Notes: generated from the letters alone by a model not told the origin. DNA of 64,000 nucleotides from Candidatus Falkowbacteria bacterium (GCA_018674305.1 JABHAL010000004.1:446-64445); one strand, 5' to 3'. Shown: positions 28,569 to 39,004, counted from the stretch's first letter. Translations and numbers: made by a program.

Positions 28569-31454
28569 TTATTTTTCAAGAGTTATCTTAATTGTTTCAT
28601 CATTAACCTTAACTTCGGTTTCTCCGCCCCCTTCTTCAACTTCAGTTAATAATGTAGCTTGTTTTAATTTTTCAACCATATCTTCATTAGCGAATAATTT
28701 TTTAAGTTGTTCCCCTTTTGTAGAATAAACTAATTTAACTTGATCCGTTCGAGTTAAACCCTGATTTTTACGAAGATTGTTTATTTGCCTGGTTAACTCA
28801 CGAACTAAACATTCAAGTTTTAATTCATCCGTTAATTCAATGTTTAATCCCACCTTTACGTTTGAAGCTTCTTTAACAACACGATCTGCTTGTTCTCTCA
28901 CCTCTTTGGTGTGTTTTACTTCTTTGACATTAAGTTCTTCCGCAATAATATTTTCTAATTGGTTATCAAGTTTTGTACCTTGATAACGAAGATACTGTAA
29001 TGGCTGTCGAACCTTAATTTGTTTTTCATCACGCGCAGACAATCCAAGCTCCACAACTTGCCGAGCTAATTCCATATCTTTCAAAACATTTTCATCAATT
29101 AATTTTTTATCAGACACTGGCCATTCTGCTAAATGCACTGATTCCTTTTCGCCATCAAGCTTTTGATAAAAACTATCCGCTGCAAACGGCATAAAAGGTG
29201 CGATTAATTTCACAAATTCATTTAAGACATAATTTAAAGTCGCTACTGCATTTTCTTTATCTGCTCCTTCAGTTTTGAATCTATCTCGTGAACGACGAAC
29301 ATACCAAGTAGATAGCTCATCAATAAAATCCATAATCTTTCGCCCACTTTCAAAAACATGATATTCCTCCAAATCTTTCGTCACATCCCGAATTAGTAAA
29401 TTTAACTTTGAAACAATCCAAACATCCAAAACATTCTTACTTTTCACTTTTAACTTTTCACTTTTAACTTCTCCATACATTCCATAAAAATTAACAACGT
29501 TACCGAGCAACATTACAGTCTTACGAAGGACATCTTTAACTGCATTCTCATCAAAATTCTTTGGCTCTCCCGGTTGATTAATTGTATACAAATGCATACG
29601 CAGAGCATCAACTCCATACTTATCAGCAATCATCCATGGATCTATAACGTTTCCTTTTGACTTACTCATTTTCTTTCCATCTTTATCACGAATATGTCCA
29701 AGGCAAATCACATTTTTATAACTAGCACCTTTACCAAGAAAAGTTGAAACTGCCAGCAACGTATAAAACCAACCACGAGTTTGATCAATCGCCTCAGAAA
29801 TATATTCAGCTGGATATTGCTCTCCACTATCAACTAATTCCTTGTTTTCAAAAGGATAATGATGCTGAGCAAATGGCATTGACCCTGCATCAAACCAACA
29901 ATCACAAACATCAGAAGTTCTCTTCATCTGACCGCCACAACCACAACCATATTCTAAAGTATCAACGTATGGTCGATGAAAATCCAACTCACCCTTACCA
30001 TTTTTTGGTAATGCACCTGTCTTTTTCTCAAGCTCGGCAAAGTCACCAATCACTTCAAACTTTTCACACTTATCACATTCCCAAATCGGAAGTGGTGTGC
30101 CCCAATATCGTTGTCTGGAAATAGCCCAATCTTTAACGTTTTCTAACCACTCACCAAATCTTCCAGTTTTAATATGGTCAGGCACCCAATTTATCTTTGC
30201 ATTATTTTTTATTAACTCATCTTTCAACGCAGACATTTTTATAAACCAAGAATCCTTTGCGTAATAAAGCAATGGGCTATCACAGCGCCAACAAAACGGA
30301 TAATCATGTTCATACATTCGTTCTTTCAATAACAAACTACGTTCTTCTAAATCTTCAACAATTTCTTTTTCAACTTTAGAACTTTTAACAAACTTTCCGG
30401 CCCACTTCTGAACGCTTTCAACAAATTTTCCACCTTCATCAACAGTATGAACAAACGGTAAATCATTTTCTAGACCAAATTGAAAATCATCTTCACCATA
30501 CATTACTGCAGTATGCACAATTCCAGTTCCGTCTTCGGTAGTGACAAAATCTGCCTTACCCACGAACCAGGCCTTTTTATCGCCAGCATCCACCGCACCA
30601 GGAAATAATGGTTCATATTCTATTCCCAATAAATCTTTTCCTATTAATTTTTCAACAACTTCAACCTTGTCTTCAAAAACTTCGCCAAGCAATGATTCAG
30701 CCAGAATATAAAATTCATTTTCAACTTTAACTTTCACATAACTGATACTTTCACCAACCGCAAGAGCAATATTTCCCGGCAAAGTCCAAGGAGTTGTCGT
30801 CCAAGAAAGAATGAAGGTGTCTTTTTGATCTTTGACTTTAAATTTGATATAGATTGAAGTTTCCTCCACATTTTTGTAACCTTGCGCAACTTCGTGAGAA
30901 GATAGTGCAGTTCCACAGCGCGGGCATTGCGGGACAACTTTATATCCTTTGTAAACTAAACCCTTCTCATGCGCCTGATTAAAAATCCACCACAATGATT
31001 CAATATAATCATTAGAATAAGTTGTATATGGGTTTTCCATGTCCACCCAGAATGCAATTCTTCGAGTCAGTTCTTCCCAATCTTTTTTGTATCGCCAAAC
31101 GCTTTCTTTGCATTTAACATTAAATTCTTCAATTCCAAATTTTTCAATGTCCGGTTTACCAGAAATTTTTAATTCTTTTTCAACCTGAAGTTCAACAGGC
31201 AACCCATGAGTATCCCAGCCCGCTTTTCTTTCCACATGAAAACCCTGCATTGTTTTGTAGCGTGGAATTACATCTTTGAACGCTCGTGCTAATACATGGT
31301 GAATACCAGGCTTACCGTTAGCAGTTGGTGGGCCTTCAAAAAAAACAAAATTACCTTTAGTCGATTTTTTGTCTAAAGTTTTTTGGAAAATATTTTTTTC
31401 TTCCCATTTTTCTATTAATTTTTCTTCATTTTGAGCGAATTGTGATTTAGCCAT
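28569..31454 (-). CDS. ileS: Isoleucine--tRNA ligase, type 2 (IleRS2)
   Basis: EGPPTANGKPGIHH, GWDTHGLP, WTTTPWTLP, DWAISRQRYWG, DQTRGWFY, KMSKS motifs. Confidence 0.97.
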   Translation of the reverse strand: MAKSQFAQNEEKLIEKWEEKNIFQKTLDKKSTKGNFVFFEGPPTANGKPGIHHVLARAFKDVIPRYKTMQGFHVERKAGWDTHGLPVELQVEKELKISGKPDIEKFGIEEFNVKCKESVWRYKKDWEELTRRIAFWVDMENPYTTYSNDYIESLWWIFNQAHEKGLVYKGYKVVPQCPRCGTALSSHEVAQGYKNVEETSIYIKFKVKDQKDTFILSWTTTPWTLPGNIALAVGESISYVKVKVENEFYILAESLLGEVFEDKVEVVEKLIGKDLLGIEYEPLFPGAVDAGDKKAWFVGKADFVTTEDGTGIVHTAVMYGEDDFQFGLENDLPFVHTVDEGGKFVESVQKWAGKFVKSSKVEKEIVEDLEERSLLLKERMYEHDYPFCWRCDSPLLYYAKDSWFIKMSALKDELIKNNAKINWVPDHIKTGRFGEWLENVKDWAISRQRYWGTPLPIWECDKCEKFEVIGDFAELEKKTGALPKNGKGELDFHRPYVDTLEYGCGCGGQMKRTSDVCDCWFDAGSMPFAQHHYPFENKELVDSGEQYPAEYISEAIDQTRGWFYTLLAVSTFLGKGASYKNVICLGHIRDKDGKKMSKSKGNVIDPWMIADKYGVDALRMHLYTINQPGEPKNFDENAVKDVLRKTVMLLGNVVNFYGMYGEVKSEKLKVKSKNVLDVWIVSKLNLLIRDVTKDLEEYHVFESGRKIMDFIDELSTWYVRRSRDRFKTEGADKENAVATLNYVLNEFVKLIAPFMPFAADSFYQKLDGEKESVHLAEWPVSDKKLIDENVLKDMELARQVVELGLSARDEKQIKVRQPLQYLRYQGTKLDNQLENIIAEELNVKEVKHTKEVREQADRVVKEASNVKVGLNIELTDELKLECLVRELTRQINNLRKNQGLTRTDQVKLVYSTKGEQLKKLFANEDMVEKLKQATLLTEVEEGGGETEVKVNDETIKITLEK

Positions 31455-31469
31455 ATTCTATATTATATA

Positions 31470-32060
31470 TTATTTATTTCTTATTTTTTGAAAATGATGA
31501 TAATCTACCTTGCCAATCAATTCCGCTCCCCAAAGCCAACCCAGAGATTCAAATATTTTCACTACCGGACAATCTTTAGTTAAAACACCCGGTTTAGTTG
31601 GATCATATACCGCACCTTGTGGTTGAATTAATTTAGGACTGATATATGGATTAATTTTGGGATTAATATCAACGGCTAACCCAGAAGCGTGCGTTGACAA
31701 ATTATCTGTACCAATAATTTTACGATAATTAAATCCTGATGAATTATTATCTTGCATTGATAACTCATCATCCCAATTTCCATTTTTATAATATTTTTTA
31801 TTAGAAATTGGAATAACCTTAGCAATAGGAAATTTATTTTCCAAAATCACCTCAAATATTTTTTTTATATCTTCTATAACAATTTCGTTCACTACTATTT
31901 GACCTGCATGAATTAAATTATCAAAAGAATAATATAATACTCTTACAACTTTTTGAGAGTTCAAAATACTCTCCGGACAATCATTGTTTAAATTAAAAGC
32001 AACTGCATCTTGAGATGTCATTTGACTATCTATAATTGGATTTTCTATTGTTCCAAGCAT
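31470..32060 (-). CDS. M15 family metallopeptidase (peptidoglycan)
   Basis: FNYR...LSTHASGLAVDINP, WLWG, DYHHFQ motifs. Confidence 0.88.
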   Translation of the reverse strand: MLGTIENPIIDSQMTSQDAVAFNLNNDCPESILNSQKVVRVLYYSFDNLIHAGQIVVNEIVIEDIKKIFEVILENKFPIAKVIPISNKKYYKNGNWDDELSMQDNNSSGFNYRKIIGTDNLSTHASGLAVDINPKINPYISPKLIQPQGAVYDPTKPGVLTKDCPVVKIFESLGWLWGAELIGKVDYHHFQKIRNK

Positions 32061-32252
32061 AAAAAAAAAGCGAAATTCTGCAAGAGCCTAAATTCAAGGC
32101 GGTACCATCTTGCTTTTTTCACTTAATTCACAGCGATTACAGGCTTACCCGGCCAGGTCTACTAACCATTCTCGGTTTTCTTCTGGCAGCGCGTCCTTCG
32201 AAACCTTGGTAAAGAAGGACTTTCTTAGCGATAACTAAGATCAAACGCTTTT
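32061..32252 (-). promoter_or_regulatory. T-box leader, probably Ile-specific, with a short stem I
   Basis: AAGATGGTACCGCC antiterminator (32098-32111); stem II with GAA/AGTA; CCTGTAATC; candidate ATC specifier 32239-41; U9 tract; promoter TTGACG-17-TATTAT at 32267-32295. Confidence 0.75.
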
Positions 32253-32335
32253 GTAATTGTGGTCTAATAATAGCAATAAAATATATTTCCGTCAATAAAA
32301 AACGCGCTTCAGTTGTGAAACGCGCTATGTTTAGT

Positions 32336-33259
32336 CTACAGGCCAAACTCTTTTGCTTTTGCCAAATATTCTGGCAAAGTACAATCGTAATGAACTGACC
32401 AATTAATCAATCTTAGAAACAATTGAAATTGATTTTGATCTGCCACAATCTCTTGCAATCGTTGGTGATTAGCCTCTACACCTGCTTTCAACTTGGGTAG
32501 ATTTGATTGGTCCCAAATTGGGTCATCTTCATGCTCCCATTTATCTGACATAATCTGAAAAACTGAACCATTCAAACACTCAAAAAGATGGGGGAAGAAA
32601 AAACCAAGTTGACCTTTGACAATCCAATCTTCTGGAGTCATTCCCAACTCCATCCACAAAGCACCACTTTCGAACATATTAATCAAAAATGGATCTGCTG
32701 GCTCATCAAGTCCCAGTGACTCACTGCTCGTCGCCCCAGCTGCCACTCGCAATGTATCCAGAACCCGAAGAAAATTGACCCAATCTTCTGGAGATTCTTC
32801 ATCCAACGTGTAAGGAAATTTTGTCCGTAGAATATCTTTAAAATACTCAGGAAGATAATGACTAGTAAGACCTATCTTGAGTGGAGAAAAGATTCCATTA
32901 AATTCATCTATTGAAATCCCCAAACTTTTTTCTTCTGGAGATTCTACTGCGTTGCCATTATGACTAGCATCATGTCCAAGCCATCTCAAACAAATATCAA
33001 ACAAAATACTCCCATCACAATCTTTTTGATTTTCAAGCAAATAGCACAATCCATACAAAACATGGATTGGACCATGATAAGGAACTTTCTCATCATAGTG
33101 CTTATCTAGAAACTTTTTCACCAGGTTGACAGCTCTAATGCTATTGTAAGAAATACAAGTTTCTGGATCATCAAAAAGCTCTTTCAACAGATAAGCAACA
33201 TGGAGCCAAATTCGATATTTTTCTCTAATTCGACCAGCAAAATTCGGAAAGTTACTCAT
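32336..33259 (-). CDS. HD-superfamily protein with class I PDE-like signature
   Basis: YHGPIH...GHDASHNG resembles YHNxxH...HDxxHxG. Confidence 0.55.
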   Translation of the reverse strand: MSNFPNFAGRIREKYRIWLHVAYLLKELFDDPETCISYNSIRAVNLVKKFLDKHYDEKVPYHGPIHVLYGLCYLLENQKDCDGSILFDICLRWLGHDASHNGNAVESPEEKSLGISIDEFNGIFSPLKIGLTSHYLPEYFKDILRTKFPYTLDEESPEDWVNFLRVLDTLRVAAGATSSESLGLDEPADPFLINMFESGALWMELGMTPEDWIVKGQLGFFFPHLFECLNGSVFQIMSDKWEHEDDPIWDQSNLPKLKAGVEANHQRLQEIVADQNQFQLFLRLINWSVHYDCTLPEYLAKAKEFGL

Positions 33260-33423
33260 TGAAGACCTCCACTATGTTTAAGAACAATTTCTCTTACGTA
33301 CGGTAAGATTAAACTAATTTATCACTCAAAAACCATCCTGTCAACCCTACTGTTGACAAAAAGAGAAATTCATGATAAGTTTATTGGTAATTTAATGTAT
33401 AATAAAAAAAAGGAGAACTGAAA

Positions 33424-34608
33424 ATGACGACTGAACTGGTAAGAAAAGAACCTAGTTCGTTGACAACTTTAACTGAAGAAGAACAACCCAGTATTTTTTG
33501 GAAATTTAGGCAAATTTTCGAAGCTGATTGGTGTACTGATAGAAAAATCTACTGGTATGATGTCCGCTTCAATCGTACTCGTCTCTGGCAAATTACTCAA
33601 CTGAATCGAGTATCCAAGAAACAAGACAAACTGTTGGGTATTTTTCCTGGTGAACCGGATGTCGACGTTCTTAAGCTAGCAATTGCTGGAGCAAACATTG
33701 AACGTATTTTAACTGGCGTACGCTGGGAGATTTACTCTGACTTTGCCTGCAATCAACTGGTCACTATGGGCCGCTTTGATGTGATTGATTTGGTACCCGC
33801 TGATCGAAGTAAATTGGAACAGCTGTTCAGATCAAATCATGTTGGCGTAAAATCATCAATCAAAGACTGGGACTTTGATGGGATCTTCCGAACTCATATT
33901 TGTCCTAAATGTCAAAAGGCCTACAGTCAAGATCTGCTAATGTTTATCCCTGATTGGATGCACTGTAGCAGTTGTGGTTTTTCTCTAAGTAAAGATAGCG
34001 GAGCCTTTTCTGCTCTGCTTAAAAACTTACTCGTTCAACTAGCCAGATCAAATGAATTCCGCTTTCCCGTTGAAGACAAAACAAATATTCCAGTGGCTAT
34101 TCAACTGATTGACGTACTTCCTACTCCGCTGATTGCCCATATTATTGGTGAACTTCTTGGCGGTGCACCTTTATCACATTCGTATGGTATGGGTTTAGGG
34201 ATGGAGCCTAATGATTTAATCACTTGCTTGGAAATGAGCCTTTTTCACAAAATAAGAATTCCAATCATTCGTGATGGGTTCATTGATTTTGTATCAGTTT
34301 TCTTTGATGAGCAAATTGCGCATTATCAAAATGGTGGCTCATTACCCAAAATGCCTATGCCCGAAATGACAGAGAGTCAACATCGGGAGTATCTTACCAA
34401 AAACTGGAGCGAGACAAAGCAACATTTCGTTGATCAAACCATGTTGCTATCTAGTTTATCTGACTGGTTTCTTGGCCGTAAGGTGACTAAGGCTGAAGAG
34501 TTCCAAAATACTGGCGCTTTTAAGAAAGCTTTACACGGATATGCTTATAATCTGGAAACACTAATTGAATTACTATGGCAAGAAAAAATGGAGGCTAGCC
34601 ATGAATGA
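33424..34608 (+). CDS. Hypothetical zinc-ribbon protein, paralog 1
   Basis: GRFD...WDFDG..R..CPKC...CSSCG; AAGGAG RBS. Confidence 0.75.
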   Translation: MTTELVRKEPSSLTTLTEEEQPSIFWKFRQIFEADWCTDRKIYWYDVRFNRTRLWQITQLNRVSKKQDKLLGIFPGEPDVDVLKLAIAGANIERILTGVRWEIYSDFACNQLVTMGRFDVIDLVPADRSKLEQLFRSNHVGVKSSIKDWDFDGIFRTHICPKCQKAYSQDLLMFIPDWMHCSSCGFSLSKDSGAFSALLKNLLVQLARSNEFRFPVEDKTNIPVAIQLIDVLPTPLIAHIIGELLGGAPLSHSYGMGLGMEPNDLITCLEMSLFHKIRIPIIRDGFIDFVSVFFDEQIAHYQNGGSLPKMPMPEMTESQHREYLTKNWSETKQHFVDQTMLLSSLSDWFLGRKVTKAEEFQNTGAFKKALHGYAYNLETLIELLWQEKMEASHE

Positions 34609-35653
34609 TCTGATTCGTTTGAAGGATGTACGTTTGCCAGCTGTGCCCGTGGAACTTCCACCTCTTGAAGGTGAAGGTTTGAACCATGGTAAATTAATTC
34701 TCGCACCTGGAGCTAGGAGCGCCGAACAAGTTATTGCGAATTACCGAAACAAGTTTTCACCAGAATCGCAACGTTGGTTCAGGCGTTACTACCTAAAAGC
34801 ACATCGCAATCGAGATCGTACTTCGATTCGCTATGCTTGGAACCTTGATGCGCCGTTGACTGATCGCACCGTCGGGGTTTTCAAGGGTGATGACTTGGCC
34901 GCTGCGCAGATTCTGATCGGTAACAACATGGCCGGCACGTCGATGGGTTCTATTTCCTGGCACTTGTGCGAAGATCGAGACGGAGAAGAACCGATTGCTC
35001 TCGGTCGCTTCGACCCCTGGAGCTTGCTTCAGGACATTTCGCCTGCTGATATTGTCCGCTTGCGTGATCAACGAGGCTTAGTCCCTGATCTTGATCGTTG
35101 GGACTTTGACGGTTTCTACATGCGCCGAACTTGTCCTCAGTGCAACACCAAGATTTCTATCAACATGTTTGCTTTCAACATAGACTCTGCGCAATGTGAC
35201 AAGTGTGGCGTTCGGCCCTTCCTATCAAGGGCACTTGGCAACATGCTTCGAATGGCTCTTCCGGCAGTGACCGGGAAAGGCAATCAAATCCTTTCCGCTG
35301 ATGATGCCTTACTCCATACTGTTGAATGGCTTGGCGGAGTTCATGCCGGAACTGAGCATTTGCACCAGGAAGAATTGCCCGATGAGATTACTCCACAAAT
35401 CATGATTGATGGACTACTGAAAAATTCTCGACTTCTGGCTTCTGCGCCAGAAGGACGATTTGCTCTATCTCCGGTTGTAACGGCTCATCTAGCTGATGAT
35501 CATGATTCACGTTCCCTGGTTATCGGTGCAGCCAACACTTTGGCTCGAGTCATCCAGGAAGGTGGCCCATTTACTGACACCCATGCAGCGACTGCACGCC
35601 TACTTCAATTAGTAGAACGTGATGCGCTAAAGGCGCAAAGAGAACTTACCTAA
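34601..35653 (+). CDS. Hypothetical zinc-ribbon protein, paralog 2
   Basis: GRFD...WDFDG..R..CPQC...CDKCG; GGAGG RBS; overlaps the stop of paralog 1. Confidence 0.75.
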   Translation: MNDLIRLKDVRLPAVPVELPPLEGEGLNHGKLILAPGARSAEQVIANYRNKFSPESQRWFRRYYLKAHRNRDRTSIRYAWNLDAPLTDRTVGVFKGDDLAAAQILIGNNMAGTSMGSISWHLCEDRDGEEPIALGRFDPWSLLQDISPADIVRLRDQRGLVPDLDRWDFDGFYMRRTCPQCNTKISINMFAFNIDSAQCDKCGVRPFLSRALGNMLRMALPAVTGKGNQILSADDALLHTVEWLGGVHAGTEHLHQEELPDEITPQIMIDGLLKNSRLLASAPEGRFALSPVVTAHLADDHDSRSLVIGAANTLARVIQEGGPFTDTHAATARLLQLVERDALKAQRELT

Positions 35654-35659
35654 AATAAT

Positions 35660-35689
35660 AGCGTGAACCACATTGGTTCACGCTTTTTT
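35660..35689. terminator. Intrinsic terminator
   Basis: agcgtgaacca-cat-tggttcacgctttttt. Confidence 0.75.
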
Positions 35690-35690
35690 A

Positions 35691-36263
35691 TTACTTTGAA
35701 AACTCTTGGCCTAGCCAAATCTTATTGTCTCGATCATCTTGGTCAGTATGCGATTCTAGCTTTCTCATCAACTTCGTAATTGTGTCAAAATGAACTGGAC
35801 TAAACTCCCAAGAATCAACATCAATCGGACAAGACAAACCATGTGGCTCAAGTAGGCCATGTGAATGACCAAATAAATGCCAGGACCCCTTAAAAGCATG
35901 GTTCCAAGTCCGCATTGCATAGTGATTGAGAAAAATTCGCTGCCTTTTCACTCGAATCTCTTTTTGCTGGCAAATCCATTCCCAGGGCAACTTTTTCATT
36001 TGATGCATTTTGTCATGGTTGCCAATGATCAAAAATTTTCTGCCTGGCATTAGTCTAAACATCGCTTCCATGCGAGCAAAGGCAATCCGCCAATAGAACA
36101 CATCACCCAGACAGTAGACGAAATCTTTTGGCTTAATAACTGCATTCAGATTTTCTAAAATTGCTTCGTTCATTTGCTTAACATTATCAAATGGACGATT
36201 GCAATATTCAATAATCTTTTCATGAAAAAAATGTGGATCAGAATAAAACCAAGTCTCTGACAT
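35691..36263 (-). CDS. Calcineurin-like metallophosphoesterase
   Basis: SDPHFFH, LGD, GNHD, GHSH motifs. Confidence 0.88.
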   Translation of the reverse strand: MSETWFYSDPHFFHEKIIEYCNRPFDNVKQMNEAILENLNAVIKPKDFVYCLGDVFYWRIAFARMEAMFRLMPGRKFLIIGNHDKMHQMKKLPWEWICQQKEIRVKRQRIFLNHYAMRTWNHAFKGSWHLFGHSHGLLEPHGLSCPIDVDSWEFSPVHFDTITKLMRKLESHTDQDDRDNKIWLGQEFSK

Positions 36264-36375
36264 TACTTCCTCCTAGGGTAAATGTTTTCATTACAATTTA
36301 TATTAATTTAATTATCTTGTCAACAAGGCATTCAAAAAAAACGTCCTGGAATTATCCAAGACGTTGTATTTCTTT

Positions 36376-36915
36376 CTACAAATATTCAGCCAGAAGTTCT
36401 TGCAACTGCGACTGATTCAAAGTTGCGAGATGAACATTAGAAAAACGCTCATCGGTACTTACATCAATTACTCCACACTCCTTCATCCATTCAGGTAATT
36501 CATTTGGAAATCGATTTGGGCGCGGATCACCTGAATCATCTCCCAATTCTATCTCGACCATATACAAGCCCTCAAGCTCGCCACGAAAAACATCGACCTC
36601 AAAAAACCAACCACCAAAGCAAACAACGTAACGAACCTTTTCAACGAAGCAAGTACAACCTTCCACCAGCTCATTGAAAAGTACATCATCAATGTGATTT
36701 TCAAATTCCAGACGAGAAATGATTCCTCTCCCAAGATCATTCTTTTGCCGAGCACCCTTTACCGTCAAGAAACCTTGGTCATCCTGCCGACGTAAACGAA
36801 TAATCCTGCCCTTGCCCACAACATCAAGATAGTACTGCTTAATCTTCTTTCCCAAGCTGAGCTTTTCATTTGGCAAAGAATGCAAAAGGAACTTCTTTTC
36901 ACTTTCTAGCTTCAT
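36376..36915 (-). CDS. CYTH domain protein
   Basis: ESEKKFL (ExExK), RLR, LTVKG, RLEFE, EKVRY, EVDVF, VEIEL motifs. Confidence 0.88.
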   Translation of the reverse strand: MKLESEKKFLLHSLPNEKLSLGKKIKQYYLDVVGKGRIIRLRRQDDQGFLTVKGARQKNDLGRGIISRLEFENHIDDVLFNELVEGCTCFVEKVRYVVCFGGWFFEVDVFRGELEGLYMVEIELGDDSGDPRPNRFPNELPEWMKECGVIDVSTDERFSNVHLATLNQSQLQELLAEYL

Positions 36916-37024
36916 AATTTCCCCCAATTTAATGAACACTTTCGAACAGACTAATATAACAACTAAAAATTGTATTGTCAATAGTTAGTAAACAAAAACA
37001 CACCAACCTTAATTGATGTATTTT

Positions 37025-37101
37025 TGGTGGACCCGGCAGGGATCGAACCTGTGACCTCCTCGGTGCAAGCGAGGCGCTCTAGCCAACTGAGCTACGGGCC
37101 C
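37025..37101 (-). tRNA. tRNA-Ala(TGC)
   Basis: Cloverleaf, CCTCG-CT-TGC-AC-CGAGG anticodon arm, G3:U70, encoded CCA. Confidence 0.97.
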
Positions 37102-37267
37102 TTATAGCTCACATCACCATAACGCTATGTTAGGGAGTGGTGAGCAAGACAACATACAAAATGAAATGTTGTATAGAAATACTAACAAAAACATAATACA
37201 TTGTCAAGTTGAAAACTCAAAATAAGATATACACATCTTGCTTTATTATGCTAAAATGTAAATAACT

Positions 37268-38428
37268 ATGGACAAACAATCAGACAAATTTTGCCTCAAC
37301 TGCGAGCTGCCCAGATCGCACCATCAAGATAATTGGCTAAATGAAATTGTTAACCATTTTTTTATTCCGAAATCATTAGTTTACTTAAGTCAAAAGTTTA
37401 ATCAAAAAATCGACCCGACACTAGAAAAGTTTTTTTTATTCTTTAACGAAAATCACTTTGCTGAGCCACAAATAAATGATTTAAAATTACGCACACAACT
37501 ATTTATTAATGAAGCAACTAAATATGGGGCCAAGATCTCGGTTCTAAAAACTAAAGGTAAACAAACCAATAATTTTAAAATACTACTTAATGACAAAATA
37601 ATTCGCTTTAATTCCCTACCTCTAGCTGAGCATAAAAGTGGAAAATTGTTTCATCAGATTGACGACAAACTCAAGTGTAAACAAATCTTACAAAAAAACA
37701 ATTTTCCAGCTGCAGCTGGCCGTGGATTTTGGTTCTGGCAAAAAGGCAAAGCCCTGTCTTACGGCCAGCAAATAGGGTTCCCTTTGGTGGTAAAACCCAG
37801 AAACGGCTCTGTAAGTCGACATGTAACCACTGATATTCAAAATCTTGATGAATTAAAACAGGCAATCAATTTTGCAATTGAATATGCCCCAACTTTTATG
37901 ATCGAGAAGTATTTAGCTGAAGGTTTTGTGCATCGGATAACCATAATAGACCATGAAAAAATATTTTGTGCCAAACAAATACCAGCAAACGTTGTTGGTG
38001 ACGGGAATTTAACCATTGATCAACTGGTTGCAATTAAAAATGCAGACCCAGCAAGAGATGGTTCTTTTTATTATCCATTAAAACTAAACTCAGATACAGA
38101 TTTAAATTTCATTCCGAAAAATAACGAGACTGTTTACTTACAAAAAAATCCCTTCATGAAATTAGGCGGTGATATAGAAGAAGTTACTCAAAAAGTCTCT
38201 GAGGAAAATCTTAATTTATTTAAAAAACTTTCTGAAAATTTAAACATTAAAGTTCTAGGCCTGGATTTTATTTGCCAAGACATTTCTCTTCCGTGGAATC
38301 AACAAACCTGTGGAATCCTGGAAGTAAATACTCTACCTTGCATCGAAATTCATCATTTACCAACTTCTGGCGAAGCGCAAAATCCAGCCAAAGCTATATT
38401 GCAAATGATTAAAAAATATTATTTATGA
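37268..38428 (+). CDS. ATP-grasp ligase (cyanophycin synthetase/GshF-like domain)
   Basis: DDKLKCK, PLVVKP, PANVVGDG, GLDFI, LEVNTLP motifs. Confidence 0.8.
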   Translation: MDKQSDKFCLNCELPRSHHQDNWLNEIVNHFFIPKSLVYLSQKFNQKIDPTLEKFFLFFNENHFAEPQINDLKLRTQLFINEATKYGAKISVLKTKGKQTNNFKILLNDKIIRFNSLPLAEHKSGKLFHQIDDKLKCKQILQKNNFPAAAGRGFWFWQKGKALSYGQQIGFPLVVKPRNGSVSRHVTTDIQNLDELKQAINFAIEYAPTFMIEKYLAEGFVHRITIIDHEKIFCAKQIPANVVGDGNLTIDQLVAIKNADPARDGSFYYPLKLNSDTDLNFIPKNNETVYLQKNPFMKLGGDIEEVTQKVSEENLNLFKKLSENLNIKVLGLDFICQDISLPWNQQTCGILEVNTLPCIEIHHLPTSGEAQNPAKAILQMIKKYYL

Positions 38429-38970
38429 TTTATTTAGCAATTGTTCTGTTGATTTTACTTTTCATTGCAATTATTTTTTTGTTTACAATAATATTTAATT
38501 CTCTGATTTTTGGACACGGTATCACCAGTCACTCAAACGCAATTGAACTTCTTTATAAAATAATTAAAGCCAACAACTTGGAAGAAAAAAAATTTTATGA
38601 TTTGGGTAGTGCCTGGGGCCGACTATCAATCAAAACTCAAAAAAAATTCCCCAAATTACAAATATTAGCAATTGAAGATGACCGTCTGAGAATTTTTGTC
38701 TCCAAATTGCTGCAAATAATATTTCGCACAAAAGTACAGTTTTTCCATGACGATCTCTTCAATATTGACTTTAAAAATGCTGATATACTTTTCGCTTATC
38801 TCTGGCATACTCTTCTACCTCAACTGGAAAAAAAATTTCTTGAACAAGCTAAGCCTGGTACAATAATAATCACGCATGAAACATTTTTCCCGAACTTAAA
38901 ACCAAATAAAATAATCACGCTTCATCCAAACAAAAAAAATTCTGAAAAGCTTTTTATTTACAAAAAGTAA
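38425..38970 (+). CDS. Class I SAM-dependent methyltransferase with N-terminal TM
   Basis: YDLGSAWGR motif. Confidence 0.75.
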   Translation: MIYLAIVLLILLFIAIIFLFTIIFNSLIFGHGITSHSNAIELLYKIIKANNLEEKKFYDLGSAWGRLSIKTQKKFPKLQILAIEDDRLRIFVSKLLQIIFRTKVQFFHDDLFNIDFKNADILFAYLWHTLLPQLEKKFLEQAKPGTIIITHETFFPNLKPNKIITLHPNKKNSEKLFIYKK

Positions 38971-38971
38971 T

Positions 38972-39004
38972 TGTTACATGCTACATGTTTCATGTTTCAT
39001 GATT
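38972..39004. repeat. 7-nt tandem repeat (TACATG/TTCATG-type)
   Basis: gttacatgctacatgtttcatgtttcatga. Confidence 0.55.

Noticed and set aside
32336-37101. Prophage or integrative element at tRNA-Ala
   Set aside because: No integrase, structural genes or duplicated tRNA 3' end seen
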